Positions 17,649 through 27,235 of a DNA stretch of 32,000 nucleotides are shown in pieces; the stretch's first letter is position 1; every line of letters begins with the position of its first letter. A program made the translations under genes and the position numbers. The notes below the pieces were generated by a model. That model was not told the DNA's origin. It saw only the letters and a program-made list of their open reading frames with translations, and did no database searches. The stretch is from positions 180,001-212,000 of the forward strand of contig NZ_PQWO01000008.1 of NCBI RefSeq assembly GCF_003231495.1, given 5' to 3'. The DNA is from Acaryochloris thomasi RCC1774 (GTDB lineage: Bacteria > Cyanobacteriota > Cyanobacteriia > Thermosynechococcales > Thermosynechococcaceae).

Positions 17649-18079
17649 GATTGGGGCTCCGGTACGAGAGGGGCGGCTACTGCCGTCAATCTCTAAGTCG
17701 TTATTGTTATTATTTCCAATTCGCCTTTGGTTTTCTTCGGAGCAAACACTGAACTTTTGCAATAGTCTTTTCCCGCAAAATTATCTAAATAAGTAATTAT
17801 TCGGAGCTGTTTCAGGACACTCGTATATTTACGCAAGGCATTATGCATCCCACCAGCGCATATTTTTATGCTTTGAGATCTTGAAAGTCTGTATCGATTT
17901 CTACCCTTTGGATATTTTTAAGCCGATGGCTCCGTTGAGCAGCGAACCCCTAATCAAGACATTTCAATGGAGATCGGAGCGAATGCTTCCAGATCACCGA
18001 CTGCTGCTAGCCACAGTCCCTGACATGATGGATGCAGTATCCTACTTACACGCTTCCATCTGCCCCTGAATTGAGATCT

Positions 18080-18901
18080 ATGAACACTTCCCCTCGGCTG
18101 CAAGACCGGGTCGCCGTTGTCACCGGCAGTACCCAAGGTATCGGCCTGATTATTGCCCAAGCTTTAGCCGCAGCAGGAGCCAAAATTGTCATTTGCTCTC
18201 GGTCTGAGTCTGCGGTGGAGGCCGCCTGTTCGCAACTAGAAGCCGCAAAACACCAGGTCTTCGGCCTACCCTGCGATGTCGCCGATCCTGAGCAAGTGGA
18301 AAATTTAGCACAGCAAACCCTAGAAAGATTTGGCCAGATCGACGTTTGGTTCAACAATGCATCGGTTAATCGCTACTTCGGTCCAGCCCTCGACTTACCG
18401 ATAGACCATTGGCACGAGGTCATTAACACCAACCTCAATGGTGCCTATTACGGCACGATGACGGCCCTTAGACACATGCTGCCTCGTGACCAGGGCAAAA
18501 TCATCAACATGCTAGGAGCCGGGGCACAGGATAGTCCAGGGGACTCGTATTTGAGCGCCTATGCCACGTCAAAGGCTGCAGCCCGTCGCTTGACGCTAGT
18601 TGTCGCTGAAGACTACAAACAAACGGGTATTTCTGTTTTGGGAATGAATCCAGGCTTATTTTCCACTCAGCTCACCACCAAAATCCAGCCCTTAAATGAT
18701 GAAGCGCACAGGCGGATGAAATTCCTAGACTTCGGTTTACGGTGGCTGGCGACCTCTCCTGAGACGATTGCCCAAACGGCTGTTCGAGTTGCCTCTGATG
18801 CGACCAATGGTCAGACAGGCAAAATATATCGATGCTGGCCAGGGTTCTCCAAAACGCTGCAGCGTGAATATCGGAGGATGCGCAAAGTTCAGCCATCTTG
18901 A
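18080..18901 (+). CDS. SDR family oxidoreductase (short-chain dehydrogenase/reductase)
   Basis: Track ORF 18032..18901. Rossmann motif ..VAVVTGSTQGIGLIIAQALAAAGAKIVICSRS.. (TGxxxGIG), NNAS, and catalytic YATSKAA (YxxxK). I prefer the ATG at 18080 (MNTSPRLQDRVAVVTG). Confidence 0.85.
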   Translation: MNTSPRLQDRVAVVTGSTQGIGLIIAQALAAAGAKIVICSRSESAVEAACSQLEAAKHQVFGLPCDVADPEQVENLAQQTLERFGQIDVWFNNASVNRYFGPALDLPIDHWHEVINTNLNGAYYGTMTALRHMLPRDQGKIINMLGAGAQDSPGDSYLSAYATSKAAARRLTLVVAEDYKQTGISVLGMNPGLFSTQLTTKIQPLNDEAHRRMKFLDFGLRWLATSPETIAQTAVRVASDATNGQTGKIYRCWPGFSKTLQREYRRMRKVQPS

Positions 18902-18970
18902 TCTTTGTTGCTTTGCTGTCCTTGATTTGTCTGAGAATGTGTCCCTTTACCTGACACACAAACCCAATGC

Positions 18971-20935
18971 TTATGGACGCAATACCTTGAGGAAGGGCGG
19001 CAAAGGACAGTTGAGGGCAATAACGATGGCCCTCAACAATTCAGCTTCCGTCAACGTGATAACACTGTCCACTAGAACGGTATAAGCACAGGCATCAACA
19101 ATGACCTGCTTCAGTCTAGGGACGGATTGGGACAGCCGCTCAATGGCAAGCTCTAATGAAGCCAGTGTGAAATCAGGCACTTGCGTGGGCAAGGTCTGTT
19201 TTGAGGCTTCCGGTAATCGCTGTAGGCCGCTTTTTAAGGCCTGGAATTGCAATTCAGCGGTGGGATGTCCAACATGGGCTAAGGCAGACAGAAGCAAGAC
19301 ACAATCAGGCCATAGTGAATTCATCGTCGCCCGCTTGCTGATCCTCGGCGCAAGCTCAAAATAAGGCTGCAGGCGCTGTTTTAGAATCATGCGCAGACTA
19401 TATTCTGCAAGCGAACATTGACCGTCACAGTTAATGAGGGCATCGACTTGCTCTAATAAAGTTCGAAATTGAGCCACAGAACTTTGCCGCAGGGCTGGAA
19501 TAGTAAGGTCTAAGAGGGGCAACCGCATCCGCGGATCAAGACAGGTTAGTCGCTCATATATCTGTTGGGCAGCTTGCACTCGGTTGTTAGATTCGGTCGC
19601 CAGTAAAAATTCCAGTTGACGAGTCTGAATGGACTCTTGATGATCAAGCAAGAGGCCATAAATAATTGCGATCGCATCCTCTCTATACTGCAGAGATTGC
19701 TGCATTTCGTCAGGCAATTGAGCCAGAAGTAACTGGGTATAGGCAAGATGTTCGGGCGCAACGGTCCCCACGGTATTGACAATCAAGTCAGGCTCCATCC
19801 CGCTCTCCACAGAAGCGGAGCATTCCGAGGCTTCAGGCATTGACCCATTTGCAAGAGCAGTCATCCCCACCATGTTGAGGATATTCTGCGCTGCACTAAC
19901 TGAACGTGTCTTCCGATCAAACTTCGGGTCAGGAACTTCAACCCCTAACTTTTCAATGCGCATTTCAATCGGTGGATGGGTTGCCCACCAATTTGCAGTT
20001 TTGGAGCGGAGTACATTGCCAAAAAATAGATGGCTAGCAGATTCAACCTCAGGGGTCTGAATCTGAGACCCTTGTTTCAAAACTTTTACTAATGCGTTAG
20101 CGAGTCCTTGGGGATCGCGGGTAAATTGCACCGCCGAAGCATCAGCAAGAAATTCCCTCTGACGGGACACCGCACTCTGGATTAGGCGGCCTACTAAAAG
20201 ATTCAGTCGTCCGGTGATCGTCAGGGCAGAACCAAGACCCATTGCGTTGGATTCAGAGCGTAACCACCGACCCACAATAGAAATAATCAAAATTCCGTGA
20301 AGCCCTGAGATCAAGAGCATGTTCAGCCTCATATCTCCGTTGAGGATGTGGCTAAATTCATGACCAATCACTCCCTGTAATTCATCGCGCTTCAGATGCT
20401 TGAGGCAGCCCTGAGTCACACCAATCACAGCATCATTGACGGTAAATCCAGCAGCAAAGGCATTAATCTCTGCTTCATGGCGGAGCACGTACACCTCTGG
20501 GATAGGCATTCCTGAGGCGATAGCCATCTCCTCGACAACGTGACGTAATATTCTTTCATGTCGATCTTGAGTATCAGGGGGTACGAGCTGACCGCCGAGA
20601 GATTCTGCGACTGCTCTGCCGCCGCGATGAATTATCCGCCACTTGTAGAAACACCCACCTCCAATAATGAGCAGCGTCACTAGACTGACAATGATCAAGG
20701 TTCGAGGGGTCCACCAAACCCAGAAGGTCCAAAATATTTCTGGTTCAAACGTCCTTTCATCAGGCCCCATACCAATCATGGCGCGATGTGGAATCGTCAG
20801 TTGCCAAAGCAGATAAAGAGCAGGGACCGCGGTTGCGTACAACATCAGAATGATCATTGAAATCGCAATCACAAATGACCCCAAAATATATCGGGTCTTT
20901 TTACGAGCTTGATTTTGATGTTTGAAGTAATTCAC
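18971..20935 (-). CDS. M48 family (HtpX/Ste24-like) membrane zinc metalloprotease with a ~300-aa C-terminal helical extension
   Basis: HEFSHILNGD (HExxH) plus a downstream ..SRQREFLADASAVQFT.. third-ligand block, with TM segments flanking the protease core. The C-terminal part has TerB-like DG...E..L repeats (..INCDGQCSLAEYSLRMIL.., ..VLVDSVITLTEAELLRAIVIAL..). The likely start is GTG at 20935, giving MNYFKHQNQARKKTRY, rather than the track's 20986. Confidence 0.85.
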   Translation of the reverse strand: MNYFKHQNQARKKTRYILGSFVIAISMIILMLYATAVPALYLLWQLTIPHRAMIGMGPDERTFEPEIFWTFWVWWTPRTLIIVSLVTLLIIGGGCFYKWRIIHRGGRAVAESLGGQLVPPDTQDRHERILRHVVEEMAIASGMPIPEVYVLRHEAEINAFAAGFTVNDAVIGVTQGCLKHLKRDELQGVIGHEFSHILNGDMRLNMLLISGLHGILIISIVGRWLRSESNAMGLGSALTITGRLNLLVGRLIQSAVSRQREFLADASAVQFTRDPQGLANALVKVLKQGSQIQTPEVESASHLFFGNVLRSKTANWWATHPPIEMRIEKLGVEVPDPKFDRKTRSVSAAQNILNMVGMTALANGSMPEASECSASVESGMEPDLIVNTVGTVAPEHLAYTQLLLAQLPDEMQQSLQYREDAIAIIYGLLLDHQESIQTRQLEFLLATESNNRVQAAQQIYERLTCLDPRMRLPLLDLTIPALRQSSVAQFRTLLEQVDALINCDGQCSLAEYSLRMILKQRLQPYFELAPRISKRATMNSLWPDCVLLLSALAHVGHPTAELQFQALKSGLQRLPEASKQTLPTQVPDFTLASLELAIERLSQSVPRLKQVIVDACAYTVLVDSVITLTEAELLRAIVIALNCPLPPFLKVLRP

Positions 20936-21072
20936 AGCTTGTTTGGTAGCCTTGCTGTCAGGTTGCCCATCACAAAACAACCGCACACATCAACGGTCCC
21001 AACCTGTAGCTCTCCTCTAATCTGGGAATAAACATCATTACAGATGCTTCAGGAATCAATCCGTTTAGAACA

Positions 21073-22836
21073 CTAGGCCTGCTTATAAATCGTATCTCGA
21101 CAGGCTAAATAGGTCGCCTCAAGTAGTTCTTCATCCATAAAGTTTAGGGCTGCGACCGATTCTGGCGGGGCAATAATTTGCCGGAGCTGGCTGGCAAGGC
21201 CCACGGTTACTTTCTTTCTGATGGCGGGTTCAAGCTGGGTACGGTAGCCCAAAAAATCGCGCAAGGTCAGATACTGATCGGCGGTCAAAGCTTTGAGATT
21301 AGCTTCCTGGACTAGAGTTTGAGCTGTCGTTTGTGACCGCTCTCCAAAGCGCAACTGGACGGTGGGCTGGCGAACACCCTGTCGTTTCTCGTCCTGAACC
21401 ACAAGGGTACCGGCAGCAAAATCGCCTAGACGCTTTTCTGACTTACCAAAGGCAACTAACACAACGCCCAGGAAGAAAAAGCCGAGATCAAGGGGACCGA
21501 TAAGGCTGCGAATGGCGGCTTCTCGTAGGCCGACGAGCTGTCCGCTGTCTTGGATAACGCGGATTTTTGCCCAGCGTTTACCCGGTGTTTGTCCTTGCCA
21601 AAACGTCTCAAAAGCGATGTAGTAACCGTTGGAGAAAGCATAGGTGAGCAGAGATGCGATCGCAAACACCCAGAGATTCAAATCATCCAGAGCGATTGAT
21701 GACGGCCCATCCACCACAGCAGGCACCACAACATAGGCGTAGAGAGCAGAACCCAACAGCCAAACAAGCGCCAAACTCAAAAACAACAGCGTTTGATCAG
21801 TGATCCAGGCCAGCGAGCGGCTCCCAAGCCCGCCGAGGGCAAAGTCCAGCTCAATACTTTCAGGGGTTTTCAGGGCCACGCGCCTCAAATACTGACGAGG
21901 ACGAGCCGGCAGGGCTTCGAAGTCAAAAGATAGCCCCTCATTCCGCCGTCGTAGCTCGTAGTAATGCACCGCCTTCGCGGCCTGCCAAAAGGGAAAAACC
22001 ACCACGCCCATCAGGATACCCACCACAGGCACAAAGGTATTGAGCAGCGAGGCCATAATCGTCGGGGGCGTCGTCACGATCGTTCCGACAAACAGAACCG
22101 TCATAGCGTTGAAGCCTTGGTTACGCGTAATCTGCCAGCTTCGCTGCACAGACTCCAAAGGCCCCACCTGGTTTTCTAAAGCCAAAATCGCGTCGCAGAA
22201 CCACAGGCGGGACGTGACGTAATAAATCACAAGAAAAATAGCCAACAGCAGCAGCATGGCCAGCAGGAACAAACTCGTCCAGACAAAGGCGCTCACATCC
22301 GTATCCCCGCTTTCCCAAAGACGATTGAGAGAGAAAGCTGTAAACAAAGGGAAAAGACTAATCCACAGAACGTAGAGAGATCCTGCAATTCCGGCATAGA
22401 CCAGCAGCAGGATTAGCCCTTGCCAAACACTCGCCCAAAAATAGCACCAGACGTTTGGATAAACTTGCGATCGCGTTGTTTCTAGAGATTCCTCTTGATG
22501 GGTTAGAAAGTTAAAAACCAGCCGTGAGATCAACGCCCCAGAGGCTAAATAACGTCCCCAAACAAAAGCGAACAGAGGCAGCATCACCAGCGCCCCTAAC
22601 CCGATAACGCCAGCCGTAACAGCAGGATTATTATCTGCAGCCGCAAAGGCAATCGCGGCCATAACCCCTAGCCCTAAGGCAGCACCAAAAAAACCAAGAT
22701 ATAGCCACAGGTGCGCGAGCAGACTCGTCACAAAATAGTTGCCTCCATTGAGGCTGAAAAGTCTGGCCCCAATTGTCACAACATTACCCGGCGAGAGCGT
22801 GGGCAGCGTCTGATTGAGCTGAGAACCTTCTGACAT
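21073..22836 (-). CDS. large polytopic membrane protein with a C-terminal RDD domain
   Basis: 587 aa. The first ~310 aa contain many TM helices of unrecognised family. Residues ~330-480 look like an RDD module (..RSLAWITDQ.., ..GQTPGKRWAKIRVIQDSGQLVGLREAAIRSLIGPLD..). A ~110-aa soluble tail follows. Confidence 0.7.
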   Translation of the reverse strand: MSEGSQLNQTLPTLSPGNVVTIGARLFSLNGGNYFVTSLLAHLWLYLGFFGAALGLGVMAAIAFAAADNNPAVTAGVIGLGALVMLPLFAFVWGRYLASGALISRLVFNFLTHQEESLETTRSQVYPNVWCYFWASVWQGLILLLVYAGIAGSLYVLWISLFPLFTAFSLNRLWESGDTDVSAFVWTSLFLLAMLLLLAIFLVIYYVTSRLWFCDAILALENQVGPLESVQRSWQITRNQGFNAMTVLFVGTIVTTPPTIMASLLNTFVPVVGILMGVVVFPFWQAAKAVHYYELRRRNEGLSFDFEALPARPRQYLRRVALKTPESIELDFALGGLGSRSLAWITDQTLLFLSLALVWLLGSALYAYVVVPAVVDGPSSIALDDLNLWVFAIASLLTYAFSNGYYIAFETFWQGQTPGKRWAKIRVIQDSGQLVGLREAAIRSLIGPLDLGFFFLGVVLVAFGKSEKRLGDFAAGTLVVQDEKRQGVRQPTVQLRFGERSQTTAQTLVQEANLKALTADQYLTLRDFLGYRTQLEPAIRKKVTVGLASQLRQIIAPPESVAALNFMDEELLEATYLACRDTIYKQA

Positions 22837-22881
22837 AGGACGGGGGGAGAACGCGAGAGGTTACAGACTTAGAATGCCCGA

Positions 22882-23757
22882 TTATTGGCTCGCTTGCCGT
22901 AGTTTCTCCTGGTGCCGACGGGCGCGGTCTTCTGCCTCACCCATCACCTGCTCTAGATTTTCAACAATTTCGCCTGGACGGTTCTCCAACACCTGCGTCG
23001 AGAGCGAAATGCGACCGCGCCCTGGGTCTAAGTCCAGCACAATTGCTTTAATGCTGTCACCGACGGTCAGTACCTTGGTCAAATCAGAAATATAGGTCTG
23101 ACTGACCTGCTTGATATGAAGCAGACCAGAGACGCCCTGCAGATCAACGAAGGCACCAAAGGGCTTTAAATCTCGAACCGTACCGGATACCAATTGACCA
23201 ATTTCAAGTTCACCAATACGTGTAGAGCGCATCGCCTGCCGGTTAGAGAGAACCAATTTATTGCGGTCTGGGTCCACCTCTAAAAAACCAGCGGTCAGGG
23301 TTTGCCCCTTAAGCGCTTCTAGGTTGTCTCGCTCAACGAGATGAGATCGAGGGATAAAGCCCCTCAAACCTTCCACATCAACCGTCACTCCGCCCTTATT
23401 CAGTCCTGTGACATAGACCTCAATCGTCTGACTGTCGGCCTCTAGCTCTGCCAAACGTCCCCAAAGGGCCTTGATTTCTAGACGACGAATGGAAAGGGTT
23501 ACCTTACCCTCAGCATCTTCGCCCTTGACGATTAAAAACTCGCGGTCTTCATGTAAAGGGACAATGACCTCTAGATCAGGCTGGGCAAAGCGAGAGATCT
23601 CATCCGGAGGCAAAAAAGCCGTTGCTTTGCCGCCAATATCAACATAGACACCATCGTTATCGTGGCTTACGGGTTTCCCGTGGACCGTTTGCCCGACCTC
23701 AAAATTAAAGTCGTGCTGCGCGAGGGCCTGGGCAAAGTCATCAGCAGAGAATGTCAA
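22882..23757 (-). CDS. S1 RNA-binding domain protein, ribosomal protein S1 homolog (Rps1b/Nbp1-like, three S1 repeats)
   Basis: 291 aa with a TTG start. MTFSADDFAQALAQHDFNFEVGQTVHGKPV...GVYVDIGGKATAFLP.. is followed by two further S1 repeats (..GGVTVDVEGLRGFIPRSHL.., ..GQLVSGTVRDLKPFGAFVDLQGVSGLLHISQV-like). Confidence 0.85.
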   Translation of the reverse strand: MTFSADDFAQALAQHDFNFEVGQTVHGKPVSHDNDGVYVDIGGKATAFLPPDEISRFAQPDLEVIVPLHEDREFLIVKGEDAEGKVTLSIRRLEIKALWGRLAELEADSQTIEVYVTGLNKGGVTVDVEGLRGFIPRSHLVERDNLEALKGQTLTAGFLEVDPDRNKLVLSNRQAMRSTRIGELEIGQLVSGTVRDLKPFGAFVDLQGVSGLLHIKQVSQTYISDLTKVLTVGDSIKAIVLDLDPGRGRISLSTQVLENRPGEIVENLEQVMGEAEDRARRHQEKLRQASQ

Positions 23758-23955
23758 AGGTTTGGTCCAGTAATGTGGGTAGTAGAGAGTCCGGTATCGA
23801 TTTTATAGCACGCGCCAGATGGAAACAAACGATTCTGCAGTGAGCCGTCATATCGCAACTCAACACAGAAAAGTCGGTGGGACTTTAGCTCTCCCTGACT
23901 AAAATTCCATTAAATTTACGATCAGAATGTCCTCCACCCCGCGACCGTCCTTAGT

Positions 23956-23986
23956 GTCAATAGAATGCGTGCCGTCAATGATTGAC
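23956..23986. promoter_or_regulatory. candidate operator: GTCAAT half-site (23956-23961) plus perfect palindrome GTCAAT-G-ATTGAC (23974-23986)
   Basis: Read directly. It lies in the divergent spacer between the S1-homolog gene and prlC. The palindrome overlaps a TTGACA hexamer (23982-23987). Confidence 0.25.
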
Positions 23987-24107
23987 AATATCTCAGGCGC
24001 TCATTGAAGAAAGTTCATAGCGGCTCCTTCTGGTTTCCGACCACAATGGGGGCCTCAAACTTTTTATACTGAGAGGAAGAACACCACTCAGATTTGACAT
24101 TGAATCT

Positions 24108-26216
24108 ATGACTACTGCTCCTGCTTCCACGACCAATCCCCTGCTGATCTGTCAGGGATTGCCCCCCTTCGATCAGATTGAGCCGCAGCATGTCGTACCG
24201 GCGATGACGCAGCTCTTGCAGGAGCTAGAACAAGAACTCTCAGCCTTAGAATCTCAAGTGCAGCCAACTTGGGCGGGGTTAGTGGAGCCACTAGAACAGC
24301 TTGAAGAGCGCCTCAGCTGGAGTTGGGGCATTGTCGGGCATCTCATGGGGGTGCAGAACAGCCCTGAATTACGCGAGGCTTACGAAGCGGTGCAGCCACA
24401 GTTGGTCACGTTCGTTAATCAGCTCAGCCAGAGTCAGCCGCTCTATGAGGGCTACAAAGCAATTCGAGCCTCTGAAGCCTGGTCAACGCTAGAAAGTGCC
24501 CAGCAGCGAGTGATTGAACGAGCCATTCAAGATGCAGAATTATCAGGTGTCGGGCTGACGGGAGAGAAGAAAGAGCGATTCAATGCCATTCAGCTTGAGT
24601 TAGCGGAGCTATCTACGCAGTTTTCAAATCATGTTTTAGATGCAACAAAGGCGTTCAATTTAATGCTGACGGAGCCAGCAGAGGTGGAGGGACTCCCCAA
24701 GAGCTTGCTGAGCTTGGCAGCTCAAAGCGCTCGTGCGGCGGGGAAAGAAGATGCAACACCCGAATCAGGTCCTTGGCAGATCACTTTAGATGCCCCTAGC
24801 TTTGGGCCTTTTTTGCAGCACAGCCGACGGCGTGATTTGCGGGAGCAGGTTTACCGAGCCTATATTTCCCGCGCCTCTAGTGGTGAACTCGACAATCGAG
24901 ACATCATCGAACGAATCTTAGCGCTCCGGCAAGAAGAGTCACAGATGCTGGGCTATGAGACCTACGCAGAGGTCAGTTTGGCCAGTAAGATGGCGCCTTC
25001 GGTGGCTGAGGTTGAGGCGCTGTTAGAGCAATTACGTCAGTCTAGCTATGATGCCGCCCTTGATGAACTCCAAACGCTGCAGGCCTTTGCGAAGCAGCAG
25101 GATCCTGACGTACCTGAGCTGAAGCATTGGGATACAGGTTTTTGGTCTGAGCGCCAGCGAGAGGCGAAGTATGAGTTAACCGATGAGCAGCTGCGGCCCT
25201 ATTTCCCTTTGCCTCAGGTTTTGGAGGGACTCTTTGGCTTAGTGAATCGTCTGTTTGGGGTTACGGTCACCGCTGCCGATGGTGAAGCACCCGTTTGGCA
25301 CCCTGATGTGCGCTACTTTCAGGTGGCGAAGGCGGGTGAGGCGATGGCCGAAGGCCGGTCGGAGACCATTGCACACTTCTACCTCGACCCCTACAGCCGC
25401 CCTGCGGAAAAGCGAGGCGGTGCCTGGATGGATGATTGCTTGGGCCGAGTCAAGCGCGGCGGAACAACGCAACTCCCGGTGGCCTATTTGACCTGCAACC
25501 AAACGCCCCCAGTGGACGGTAGCCCCAGCTTGATGACGTTCCGAGAGGTGGAAACCCTGTTCCATGAGTTTGGTCATGGTTTACAGCACATGCTCACCCA
25601 GGTGGATTATGCGGGGGCGGCAGGCATTAACAACGTTGAGTGGGATGCGGTTGAATTACCCAGTCAGTTCATGGAGAACTGGTGCTATGACCGCAGTACG
25701 CTGATGGGGATGGCTCGCCACTACGAAACGGGTGAACCTTTACCAGAGGAGTATTTTCAGCGTCTTGTTGCGGCTCGCACCTATATGAGTGGTTCAATGA
25801 CGCTGCGTCAGGTTCACTTTAGCTCAGTGGATCTTGCACTTCACTCTCGCTATCAGCCAGGAACTGGATCGAGCGCCCATGAACTTCGCAGCCAGATTGC
25901 AGAAAATACGACGGTACTTGCTCCGTTGCCCGAAGATTCATTCCTCTGTGCTTTTGGGCATATTTTTGCCGGAGGCTATGCAGCGGGTTACTACAGCTAC
26001 AAGTGGGCTGAGGTGCTGAGTGCTGATGCTTTTGCGGCGTTTGAAGAGGCGGGGCTGGAAGATGGAGATGCGATCGCAACCACCGGCCAACGCTTCCGAG
26101 ACACCATCTTAGCCCTTGGCGGCAGCCAACACCCCATGGAAATCTTCAAAGCATTCCGGGGCCGTGAACCCAGCTCTGAGGCATTGCTACGTCATAGCGG
26201 ATTGCAGGCAGCGTAG
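24108..26216 (+). CDS. prlC: M3 family oligopeptidase A
   Basis: 702 aa. Zinc motif ..TLFHEFGHGLQHML.. with downstream ..VEWDAVELPSQFMENW.. and ..FGHIFAGGYAAGYYSYKWAEVLSADAF.. are hallmark M3A (PrlC/Dcp). Confidence 0.9.
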   Translation: MTTAPASTTNPLLICQGLPPFDQIEPQHVVPAMTQLLQELEQELSALESQVQPTWAGLVEPLEQLEERLSWSWGIVGHLMGVQNSPELREAYEAVQPQLVTFVNQLSQSQPLYEGYKAIRASEAWSTLESAQQRVIERAIQDAELSGVGLTGEKKERFNAIQLELAELSTQFSNHVLDATKAFNLMLTEPAEVEGLPKSLLSLAAQSARAAGKEDATPESGPWQITLDAPSFGPFLQHSRRRDLREQVYRAYISRASSGELDNRDIIERILALRQEESQMLGYETYAEVSLASKMAPSVAEVEALLEQLRQSSYDAALDELQTLQAFAKQQDPDVPELKHWDTGFWSERQREAKYELTDEQLRPYFPLPQVLEGLFGLVNRLFGVTVTAADGEAPVWHPDVRYFQVAKAGEAMAEGRSETIAHFYLDPYSRPAEKRGGAWMDDCLGRVKRGGTTQLPVAYLTCNQTPPVDGSPSLMTFREVETLFHEFGHGLQHMLTQVDYAGAAGINNVEWDAVELPSQFMENWCYDRSTLMGMARHYETGEPLPEEYFQRLVAARTYMSGSMTLRQVHFSSVDLALHSRYQPGTGSSAHELRSQIAENTTVLAPLPEDSFLCAFGHIFAGGYAAGYYSYKWAEVLSADAFAAFEEAGLEDGDAIATTGQRFRDTILALGGSQHPMEIFKAFRGREPSSEALLRHSGLQAA

Positions 26217-26359
26217 CGCATTAAAACTTTACGGTGAACACTGCAATGTCTGGGACAATGTAATTTACTCGGGCTGGGGTTCAGCCCCACGCTTAAATCA
26301 GACTCTATATCCAATCGTCTGAACCGGAGCATTTTGCATTGTCCCATTAACCTGAATTC

Positions 26360-27235
26360 ATGCCGGAAGAAAATCTGCTCGCCCTTGCCCAGACTGGGGA
26401 TCTCGATGCCATCAAGCAGCTACTAAATCAGACCCTTCAACCCCATGCAAACCAGGTTCATGACATTTGCATCCGCAAAGACTGCCTACAAATCAGTATT
26501 GAATCTACCAACATTCCAAATCAATCGACCCTGGTTCCTTTGATACAGCAAACTATCAGTCAGCTGCAGGTTAGCCAGATCCACGCCCTCGAAGTCTATG
26601 GGCATACGGTCGGTGACGAACTTCCCCACTGGATGCAGCAGCTCGATTGTCTAGCATCGGCAGACACAACGGTTGCAGCAACCATCACTCAAACACCGTC
26701 TACAGAAGTAAGCCACCCGGAGACGAACCTCCCAAGCTCTCCCCCGCAGTCTGCTCCAATAGCACCTAGCACAACTGCAAATACGACAGCAGCAGACGGG
26801 CCATCCACGCCTCAAAGTCAAGCTCATAACACCATCCACTACAGCCCCGCAGTCGAAAAGATGGTTCAGGCCTATGGCTCCGGGAGTCGCGACTTCCAAC
26901 AGTCCAACTTCAATGAAACAGACCTACAGGGCATCAATCTAACCCTGGCAAATTTACAAGAGTCGCAGCTCGTATGGGCAAATCTCAGCAACGCCAGCCT
27001 TGGTCACGCCAACTTAACCCACGCTCAACTGCGACACGCCAATCTCAGCAACGCTAACTTACAGGGCGCAAAGCTTCAAGGGGCCAATTTCATAGGTGCC
27101 AATCTCACGGGTGCTAATTTGAGCTGGGCTGAGCTAAGAGGGGCAAACTTTACCGATGCTGACCTCACAGACGCCAACTTACTCAACGCAAACCTAGAGC
27201 GAGTCACAATGCCAGACGGCACCTATTTAGACTAG
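26360..27235 (+). CDS. pentapeptide-repeat protein with an N-terminal domain of unknown function and a Pro/Thr/Ser-rich linker
   Basis: The C-terminal ~100 aa are uninterrupted A(N/D)LxX repeats (..ANLSNASLGHANLTHAQLRHANLSNANLQGAKLQGANFIGANLTGANLSWAELRGANFTDADLTDANLLNANL..). The N-terminal ~95 aa (..CLQISIESTNIPNQSTLVPLIQQTISQL..VYGHTVGDELPHW..) recall a recurrent cyanobacterial N-terminal module. Confidence 0.85.
   Translation: MPEENLLALAQTGDLDAIKQLLNQTLQPHANQVHDICIRKDCLQISIESTNIPNQSTLVPLIQQTISQLQVSQIHALEVYGHTVGDELPHWMQQLDCLASADTTVAATITQTPSTEVSHPETNLPSSPPQSAPIAPSTTANTTAADGPSTPQSQAHNTIHYSPAVEKMVQAYGSGSRDFQQSNFNETDLQGINLTLANLQESQLVWANLSNASLGHANLTHAQLRHANLSNANLQGAKLQGANFIGANLTGANLSWAELRGANFTDADLTDANLLNANLERVTMPDGTYLD

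Noticed and set aside
17562-17762. Full-length 66-aa track ORF with an NNNNN run
   Set aside because: The N-terminal half is low-complexity translation of AT-rich spacer. Only the C-terminal 28 codons, with their own SD, were kept, and those only as speculative.
26900-27200. Short-period (15-nt) repetitiveness, considered as a satellite or CRISPR-like array
   Set aside because: It is fully explained by in-frame pentapeptide (A[N/D]LxX) repeats of the 26360..27235 CDS. There are no spacers of unique sequence.
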